Position numbers and translations under genes: made by a program
Shown here: positions 47,389 through 56,328 of the stretch, one piece after another
Position numbering within the stretch: the stretch's first letter is position 1
Layout of the letters: the number at the start of each line of letters is the position of its first letter
Source: Anthoceros angustus
Taxonomy: Eukaryota; Plantae; Anthocerotophyta
Length of the DNA stretch: 64,000 nt
NCBI GenBank assembly: GCA_010909165.1
Contig: MU008154.1
Coordinates: 310,001-374,000 of the forward strand
Direction of reading: 5' to 3'
The notes under the pieces: model-generated
The model's database searches: none
What the model saw: the letters and a program-made list of their open reading frames with translations, nothing else
What the model was told of the DNA's origin: nothing

Positions 47389-48215
47389 CTAGCTTTCCGC
47401 TTTGGTTAAAAAGCGGACTGCCACTGCCAAGCCTAGAATTGCAAGGGGAACTAGGAATTGTAGAATCTTGATGAGAAACTCGGAGGTTTTGTCGTGGTTG
47501 TAAGCGGCTTGCTTTGCAGGTTTGTATACAGGCTTCTCGGGGAATGATGTAGTATCCACATCCCCAACCAGATACTCCTCCATCATGGCTCTGGCGCTCG
47601 TGCTGTGGCCCACGTCTTCGAAATCCTCGGTCGCATCTTTCCCTAAGTCACACAGAAACGCAGATCAGCGTCTGCTGCCCGGCTCCGCCTTCCTGCTCAC
47701 AACAAGCTACCTAACGCGGTGTAAGCCTCACAAAAGAGCCCGAGCCGGCGAAGTACCTGTAGCTGAAAGGAGCACCTCGTCACCTCCAGGATGCTCCTCT
47801 AGGAATTTGGTGACATCATAAACCTATCAGGGCGCGAAGCCATTGTGAGACGACAGAAGCAAAAAAACACAACGAAGCAGCCTTCATGAGTGCGCCCCAT
47901 AGCACAGCATGCAATGAATGCCTAGGAAGCTACAACCTATCAGCTGAGAGGTGGAATGCGTTCAGATCACAAATCAGCCACTGCCGGATTTTTATTGGAC
48001 AGGAATCCAACAGCAAAAGTCAGAAGGCAAGCGCTACAGAATCGTGCAAGAAAACAGGATCCACAAGCAAGAAGGGCAAGGCATTCAGCTGTCCCGGGGC
48101 TCGGAATGAGGCTCAGGCGTCAGCTAACCTTGCCGTCAATGATGAGCCAGCAGTCCTTGGCATGGTTGTGCTCCGAGACCTCCTGCAAGGTGTAGACCTT
48201 CTCGGATCCGGCCAT
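47389..48215 (-). CDS. CB5: Cytochrome b5, tail-anchored; 3 exons
   Basis: DCWLIIDGK|VYDVTKFLEEHPGGDEVLLSAT|GKDATEDFEDVGHS, followed by a C-terminal TM. Confidence 0.97.
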
Positions 48216-48714
48216 GGTGAACCCCTGCCTCAGCGCCTACTCCCGGTAACACAATCCCCAGCAGCGGGCGCAGTGCTCTCAACCACACGCTCCGGCGCTC
48301 TGCTGCCGCGCTTCAGCAGTTGCTGCAGCTGTCCTCGGCGGAAAACGGACAGCACAAGATGCGGCGGGCGGTCGAGCGAGGATTCCACGGCAGAAACGAG
48401 CCCGCAGACTGGAAGCGCGGGGAAGGGGCTCAGAATTATTGTCCCGAAACGAAGGTATCTAGAAACTGGCTGTTTTGGGCTGCGGGCAAGTCACCTAACC
48501 TAACCAACGCCAAGGGTGCACTGCTCCCACCGCGACAAAGCCCGCGTTTCCGACCAACTACGCCAGATGGGCTATGCTCCCATGGCATCAAATTAAATGA
48601 AGTGAATTCTTCCATGCAAACCTCCGAAGAAGGGATAGACCTCTTAGCGGTGACCCAAAAACAGAGACAGCTACAACAGCTACTCTCTCTATCCTAATCC
48701 ATCAACCTCCGTTC

Positions 48715-51286
48715 TCACAGATCCGCTTTGCCTGGGTATCTTGGAAAAGGTATGGCTTCTCTGATGTTGTCAAGGCCGGTCACAAAAAGGACCATCCTCT
48801 CGAAACCGAGGCCAAATCCTGCATGCTTAACAGTGCCGTACCGCCGTAAATCAAGGTAATAATCGTACTGCTCCTCTGGAACGCCAGTCTCTTTCACCCT
48901 GAGAAAAATGTTGGATCAGTCAGATGAGAAAGCAAAAGGCTTTGCAGACCAATTCCCATGTGATGATACCAAGGGCATGAAGACGACAACACAAGCACAA
49001 ACCTCTGCCTTAACACATCCAGTCTATCTTCTCTCTGACTTCCGCCCACAAGCTCCCCGATCTGCATCAGTTGGGAAAAATGTCAGCACTTCAGGAACCA
49101 AATCGAACGTGACTGAACGGGTTTCTGCACTGGTTTATCCAACCTTGGGACAAAGGACATCCATGGCTGCAACTGTTTTCCCATCGTCGTTGAGGCGCAT
49201 GTAGAACGCTTTGATGCCCTTGGGGTAGTTGTAAACGATTACTGGTTTTTTATAGACCTCTTCAGCTAGATACCTGTGACAAAAAGTATACTTGAGAGTA
49301 AGCACTCTGTTTTCAAGTACACTGGAAGTTAAAAGTCCAAAATGCAGTGGCTGGCAATACCTTTCATGCTCTGAAGCAAGATCAATTCCCCATTCCACCT
49401 TGTTCTCAAATCTCCCAGGCGGGACCTGGCAACATAAGCAACCACACTCAAACTCAAACGACTTGAGGTGGTCACGTCACTGGCACAAGACACACAACAA
49501 AGATGACCTCAGATACCTTCTCGAGAACTTCAATAGCGTCAGTATAGGACAAACGCTGGAATGGAGTCGACTCAACCATTCTCAACCGCTGTAAGACGGT
49601 CGGGTCGATTTTCTCCTCAAAAAATTTCAAATCATCTAACCTCCGTTCAAGCAAATATCTGCACAAATAACGCACATAATCCTCTGCGCAGTTCATGTCA
49701 TCCTGCAACAAGGAAGGAGAAACTAAGAGACTTGCTTGAACAGGACTGAACAGGCACCACAGCAATCTGCTTCCTCACAGACATTACCTCAAGGTCTGCA
49801 AAAGCCATTTCAGGCTCAACCATCCAGAACTCAGCCAAATGCCTTGTCGTGTGGGAGTTCTCAGCACGAAAAGTCGGCCCGAAAGTATAAACCCGACCAA
49901 GGGCACAAGCATAGGTCTCGGCTTGAAGCTGCCCTGATACGGTGAGGTATGCAGGGGTACCAAAGAAATCGGCTGCATAGTCAACTCCTCCACCCTCCTT
50001 GTGCAAAATGCCACCCTTCAATCGCAGAGTATCTTCCAGCTTTACAACCGCGTCCTTAGCGCTTGTCAACTCCTGGACAGCTCTGCTGATCTCAGATTTA
50101 CTCTTCTTGTCTGCCTTCAGCTGCTTCACTGCATCACCCTTCTCGGCCACAACCTTCTTTGCAGCTTCCACATCAGCCTCTGTAGGAGGAGGGTGCAGGA
50201 GGGCCTCCTCTTCTCTCTTTTCTGCCTGACTCAGCAACGTGGTCACCTGGAACATCTCTCCAGCACCTTCACAGTCACTGGTAGTAATAATCGGCGTCTG
50301 TAGACAAATAAAGTGCCTCTCATCGAAGAAATCATGCGTGGCTTTCGTTAGGGCATGACGAATTCGAGCGACCGCAGAGATCTGGGACACAAAACGCAAA
50401 CACACACAGCCATGTCAAAACTGCATGCTGCACAAACCCAGAACTTCAACACATCACCACACTCACCGTGTTAGTGCGGGCTCGAAGGTGCTGGTAGTTC
50501 CGCAAATGCTCGAACGACAACGCTGCCTTGGCAATGGGGTACGAAGATGTGTCGACTGTCCCCACGTCCAGGATCTTCTCCACCTTGAGTTCCACCAGCT
50601 GCTTCTTGGCACTCTCTGGAGGCTTCTTCAGCTCCCCTTCCACCACCACAGACGTCCCCGTGGGTGTCAGCTGGCCCAGAGTGCGATGATGCGCTTCTGC
50701 CACCTCGGCATCCACCATCACCTGCAGCACCGGCATCTAGTCACCCCACTCCATTGCAAGCCCTGCTTGCTCACCGGACCAGACCTACGTACCAAACTGC
50801 CAGAAATGCACAGAAGGATGGAAATCAGCGCACCTGAAGGTTGAGCGGAGTGGAGCCATCGTTGAGCTCCAGAAATGCAAAGGTGTTCTTCCCCTGCACT
50901 CGCCCTGTCTTCACCCAACCGCCCACCACCACCTTTTGACCCACGTACTCGGATCCCCCAACCTGCCCTCCCAGAATCGAGGAAATTAGCACTGTATCGG
51001 AGTACAGAGCCGGACGCAGCACCTTGCCGGCACCTCCATTCTCAAGAGCAGGCTGCGCCGACGCAGCAATGGAAACCGCATCCAGCTTCCCCGCCAGAGC
51101 CTCCCCCTCCGCCATCACGCTGGCGCTGTAGGCTGCGCTAGAGATGCGAAGTGCCCCAGCTGCCGGCCCCGCCTCTCGTCCGATCGGGGGCTTGATACCA
51201 AATTCCCAGATTCTTGGAACTAGGCCCGACGATCTCCACCGGTTGCAAAGCAAACAACCCCTGCTGGTCAGCCTGCGCAACAGCAT
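48715..51286 (-). CDS. SYNC1: Asparaginyl-tRNA synthetase, SYNC1-type with WHEP insertion; two in-frame ATGs (51286, 51115)
   Basis: [81 protein letters not shown] and GFGLGFERM. Confidence 0.97.
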
Positions 51287-52226
51287 GCAATCGACACGCA
51301 CTGGATCACCAGCACGCACAGGGCATTTGCGCTACAGTCTATGTAACTCGGGATTGGCTCAATGCGAACCCGCCCTGAAGAAACCTTGTAACTTGGGACT
51401 GAAGAAACCTAACACAAGACGCTGGAAACTGAACAAGAGCGTACTGTTAGGTGTACACAGAGATTCTACCTGCAGCTTCCGCTCACCTCACTTTAGGAAG
51501 TCAGCCCCTGGCAGACATAGCCTCCAGGTGCAGCAGAGGACGGTGCCCAGCACTTCCACTTTCGAGAAAATGTGTGGGTGGGGACGGGATCGTCAGAGAA
51601 GGTCGTCCCAGGAGCAGGAGTACTTGTGGCAACAATTTTTTCTGGATCATACCATGTGGTGGGACAACAGACGAGACAAGTAGAGCTCCCGTTCGCCTGA
51701 CTTCCGGTGTAAGGTGTAAGGGGTCCGGCGAGCTGCTGTGGTTAAACAACATGTTCAAGCCAGGCTGGGTTGATGGGCAGCTCGTTGCCTTGGATATGCA
51801 GATGGGTCATGGTACCTCTCCTTCCAAGTCGAGATCTCTGGATAAGCCTGAACCTGGCAGGCGTGCAGGATGGGAAATGGGCGTCGTACGGCTAGAACCG
51901 TGAGCATGTTATGAACCGTGAGCAGGGAAATCTGCCTGAGGCTGTTGGAGCCCTGGAGTCTCTGGGCGCAGGCAGACTCTACCATTTCTGGGTCTTTGTT
52001 TCGCACTCTGCTGAAGCTGTGGTCGGCTAAGAAGGATTTAGTCGGGGGGCGATAACTCCATGATCTCACTGTCAAACTTGGGTACGAGTCGATTGCATAC
52101 TTGGGGAACCATATCTTGCGCAGGTATGGATGTGGAGGTAAGGCCACGCAATCTGCTAGAGCTCACTCCGTCTTCACACAGGCTAGGCCTACAAGGAGGA
52201 TCTCACAGCTAGGCCTCTAAACAGAC

Positions 52227-52996
52227 GAAGAAGAATTTTATTGAAGTTCACTAAGGACGGATTTCCGTCATGGGACTTGGTACTTAACAACTACTTCTAC
52301 CATGGTATGCCTAAGCTACTTGCACCCAGGGCATCCATTCCCTTTAGGCACCCCATCTAAGTATCGATCCAAGCGCAAGATGCTTAATAATGACATTTAT
52401 AAACCATAGCCTTTTGGAAACAGCCCATAGCCCTCCGTCTAATGTGTCTAAATGGCTAAAAATGTCGTGATTAAGCATCCTGAGCTTAGATCGATACTTA
52501 GATGGGGTGCTTAAAGGGAGTGGATGCCCTTGGCGCAAGTAGCTTAGGCACACCATGGTACAAGTTGTTAAGTACCAAGTCCCATGATGGAAATCCATCC
52601 TTAGTGGACTTAAATAAAATTCTTCTTCTTCTTCTACTGCTCTTTGCCCTCCGTCTATTTCATAGAAACTATAAACGCCTACCACACGTACCAAATGAGA
52701 TGGCTTTGGCCAAAGACACACATTTATAAAAACGTCCTCCCTCTATTTCACAGAAACTATAAACGCCTACCACATGTACCAAATGAGATGGCTTTGGCCA
52801 AAGACACACATTTATAAGAACATCGTGATTGAGCATCCTGCGCTTAGATCGGTACTTAGATGGGGTGCCTAAAGGGAATGGATGCCCTTGGTGCAAGTAG
52901 CTTAGGTACACTATGGTACAAGTTGTTAAGTAACAAATCCTATGACGGAAATATGTCCTTAATGGACTTAAATAAAATTCTTCTTCTTCTTCTTCT
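52227..52996. mobile_element. Cluster of three SINE-like repeat copies: one inverted (52227-52398) and two forward (52460-52634, ~52735-52996), with an extra 5' part at 52646-52734
   Basis: Same family as 18401-18829. The forward copies end ttaaataaaattc(ttc)n. Copies 1 and 2 form an inverted repeat. Confidence 0.75.
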
Positions 52997-53304
52997 ATAA
53001 TCACATAGGCTTGACCATCTATACTATTTTGTGGCACTTAGTTTCTTGGCTATAGCACTTCAAACTCTACACAAAGCCCTTACACTACGGTAGTTCTTCA
53101 ATAAAGAATGAAGAAAAAATAATGCTTCCATAAAAAGTGGTAGAAAAAGTAGTTCTTCAATAAAGCGTGGTAGAAAAAAAGTTCTTCAAACAAAGTGGTA
53201 GAAAAGGGTTTATACATTGGACGCGTGATCTGCCTTGGTAACATGAGCTAACCTTGTTGAATTCTAGCTCCTCGTAACATTACCTAACCTTGTAGAATTC
53301 TAGT

Positions 53305-54358
53305 TCAAAGTAGAGCTTCTAGAGGACCTAAATAACCTTGTTGAATTCTAGCTCGAAGTAGAGCTTCTAGAGGACCTAAATCAAGACTTAAGGAAGGCGC
53401 TACTTCCTCCGGCACATTTTTGCCAAATATGTCATTACTTGTAATGTAAAGAGGGATTGAGAATGACCCATCCAACAGCTCAATTTGAGCAACATCGGTG
53501 ATTGTTAAATCTTCCCGTCTTTTGAAGAATACGGCTATATCAAACGTTGCATTAGGAGTGTATCTTGTACTTGCTCTTTTTTTCTTTTCGATGTTGATCC
53601 CTATGGCTATGCGAGCCAAGGTATCAGCTTCAACCCATTCGCTAATTTCTCTCCGGAGCTCTTCTTTGGACTCATTTTGATAAGTCACTTCAAAGACCAC
53701 AGTATGACAACTTTCAAGAGGAGTGTCTCCTGGTCCCAAAGAGAAATCAGGTTCTTTATGCCTTCTCATGAGCTTCACCCCATGAGAGAACATGACATCC
53801 ACGTAATTCATGACTCCCAAGGCTCCCATTTTCTTCAAGAGAGCAACCATCACCCTTTCTACATAATCAATGGTAAGTTCATGTACCTCCGACAAATCAC
53901 CATATAACCAAATAAATCCATTTTCACCATCACCATCTTCAGGTAATTTACTAGGCTCCCAAGCAAACTTCCATAGTGTATCTTGACTACGTCGCCACTG
54001 TTTAAAATGGGTCTTCCATACCTTATCACTCACAAGATATGGCCCTTTCTGCCAAGACAAATCCCTATGTAAGATCTGTTTATGCTCATGGACCGCACGT
54101 CTCACACCATTATCTAGATTTTCTGCACATATCAAATCTATTTTATAAATATTTAATACATTAAAAAAATCTACACTACTGATCACGATTCGTGTTAGGT
54201 TAAAAGAATACACCATGGACACAAAACAAAGAACAAGATGAAAACAACCTATCGGCCTCGGTGTAGTCTAGCTTGGCATGAAAACATGCACAATTGCTCG
54301 TAAGTGCAAATGATCTCAACATAGCTAAACTCATTCGCGAAACCTGCCTCGGCTGCAT
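53305..54358 (-). CDS. Uma2-like / PD-(D/E)XK restriction-endonuclease-fold protein; ORF 53305-54222, with a predicted 5' exon at 54358-54249
   Basis: Intact 305-codon ORF with SEVHE, KEPDFSLGP, TVVFEVTYQNES.EEL...EW and RIAIGINI, in the order of Uma2/CR-REase motifs. Optional 70-nt intron 54179-54248 (GT..CTAAC..CAG) is phase-consistent. Confidence 0.7.
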
Positions 54359-54596
54359 CTGACTTGGTGCGGTTCAGCAGCCAATTAATCAAAGACTCTG
54401 GAATGTCGGATTAGAAGCTAAGCACTGATGTAAAAGACCTTGGAGAAACTATCAGGACTGGAATTGGTGGTCGTGTGTATGGAGAGCATGAAGTAACCAC
54501 ATGAGGGCCAGTATTTGAGAAAAATGGAAGAGCTCCAATCACAAGCTTCTCTTGCTGGGGACGTTGGTTTGTGCCGAGTTTAACTATCTACATATG

Positions 54597-54776
54597 ACTC
54601 CATTTCGCATCAGTCGTGTCTCTCCATAAATTACAGTTAAACGAAATCGGATTGTTTCTACGACTCCATTCTGCATAAGTCACGTGACTCTCCATACATT
54701 ACAGTTAACGAAATCGGATTGCTATCTGTGACTCCATTCTTCAGTCACGTGACTCTCCATAAATTACGATTAACGA
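54597..54776. promoter_or_regulatory. Three ~66-bp tandem units, two carrying a palindromic G-box (GTCACGTGAC), in the divergent intergenic region
   Basis: gactccatt at 54597, 54662 and 54730; GTCACGTGAC at 54679-54688 and 54744-54753. Regulatory function is inferred. Confidence 0.55.
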
Positions 54777-55158
54777 ATTGGGCAAGTAGCATCGAACTGG
54801 CCCTTCGCCCTTTGCCCTTTGCCTAGCATGAAGGACTTGACTATTCTATGCGGTGCAGCGGAGATGCGTTCTAGTAGCGGCTTGTCAATGTCGGATGAGG
54901 GAGACAGAAGGAACGCTCATTGATCACTGAGCTCCCAGAGACACAAACTGCCAGGTCTCTGTCCAGTTGTGACGGTAGGTGGCACACTGTGAAGTAGGTC
55001 TCACCTGCTGCTCGGCCTGCTTGACTATGACATACAAGCTTGTCTGTTCCAACTTCGAAGCACTTCGGAGCCTCAGGATAGATCTCTGAACCGTATACAT
55101 GTTTCGATCTGGGTCAGGAACAGAGCCTATCTTGCAGGTAGAGCGGGGGACAAGAGAG

Positions 55159-56328
55159 ATGGCAGACACGGAAGGTTCCCGGAAGGTGGCTCTCGTTGTA
55201 GGAGCCACAGGCATTGTCGGGAGAGCTATGGTTGAGCTGCTGGTGAATCCCGGCTGTTCTAGTTACGCCTGGAAGGTGTATGCTGTCGCAAGACGACCCC
55301 AGCCCTGCTGGTTGAAGCGAATTTCCCCAGGAGGTCCGAAGTCCGGAAGCCTAGGCTCGGAATCCAACAGCGGCTTCCAGTACGTGCAGTGCGATCTGTT
55401 GGATCGTGAGGACACTCTGGCCAAACTCTCCCCCCTGAAAGATGTCACGCATCTGTTCTGGATGACCTGGGTGAAAGCTGGTTTAACGGAAGAGGAGAAC
55501 GTGGAGGCCAACAGCAGAATGTATCAGAACGCCTTGGATGCCGTAGTCAGGGAAGACGGGCCTCTGGAGCACATTGCAGTGACAACGGGCGGGAAATACT
55601 ACCTCGGCTCCTTCAGCGATACAGGCAAGATTATCGTGCCTGACCTTCCTTTCAGGGAAGACGCACCTCGCAGACCGGGTCCGAATTTCTACCACAATCT
55701 CATGGACAAGACTCTGGAGGCAGTGAAAAGTAGTAACGGCAAGGTAACATGGTCTGAGCATCGACCCACGGGCGTCTGGGGTTTCGCTCCTCGAAACCAG
55801 ATGAACGTTGTGGGAACCGTAGCCACGTACGCGCTTATCTGCAAGGAGGAAAACTTGCCGTTTGTCTTCCCCGGGAGCCGGGTGTGCTGGGAAGGACTGT
55901 CTGATTGCTCTGACGCCGGCTTGATTGCTGAGCAGCAGCTGTGGGCGGCCACCAGCCCGGCGGGGAAGAACCAGAGCTTCAACATCACCAACGGTGACGT
56001 GGTTACCTGGAAGGGGATATGGCATGCAGTCGCTGAGAGGTTTGGATTGGATGTCCCTGAGTACAGGGAGGCAGGCCCCAGTATGGTGGAGCTGATGAAG
56101 TGCAAAGATAGCACCTGGGATGCTATTGTGGAGAAGCATGGATTGGAGAAAACCAAGGTTGATGAAGTTGGACATTGGTGGTTCATGGACATCTTCGTAA
56201 ACGTGCCTTTCGAGATTGTCCTCAGCATGAACAAGAGTCGGAAGCTGGGTTTTCTGGGCTGGAGAGATAGCTTGGATAGCCTGCGTGCCACATTGGATGA
56301 GATGAAAAGGTACAACGTCATCCCCTAG
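55159..56328 (+). CDS. VEP1: PRISE (progesterone 5-beta-reductase/iridoid synthase-like SDR, VEP1 family), intronless
   Basis: ALVVGATGIVG, VYAVARR, TGGKYY (catalytic Lys), NFYH (catalytic Tyr), WSEHRP, SDAGLIAEQQLWA, FNITNGDV and SMNKSRKLGF. Confidence 0.95.
   Translation: MADTEGSRKVALVVGATGIVGRAMVELLVNPGCSSYAWKVYAVARRPQPCWLKRISPGGPKSGSLGSESNSGFQYVQCDLLDREDTLAKLSPLKDVTHLFWMTWVKAGLTEEENVEANSRMYQNALDAVVREDGPLEHIAVTTGGKYYLGSFSDTGKIIVPDLPFREDAPRRPGPNFYHNLMDKTLEAVKSSNGKVTWSEHRPTGVWGFAPRNQMNVVGTVATYALICKEENLPFVFPGSRVCWEGLSDCSDAGLIAEQQLWAATSPAGKNQSFNITNGDVVTWKGIWHAVAERFGLDVPEYREAGPSMVELMKCKDSTWDAIVEKHGLEKTKVDEVGHWWFMDIFVNVPFEIVLSMNKSRKLGFLGWRDSLDSLRATLDEMKRYNVIP

Noticed and set aside
51755-52147. 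130-aa minus-strand ORF next to the repeat cluster
   Set aside because: No ATG-supported structure or recognisable motif.
52646-52665. Stowaway MITE TIR (ccctccgtc)
   Set aside because: No matching opposite TIR or TA TSD was found, and the copies end in a fixed AATAAA+(TTC)n tail.
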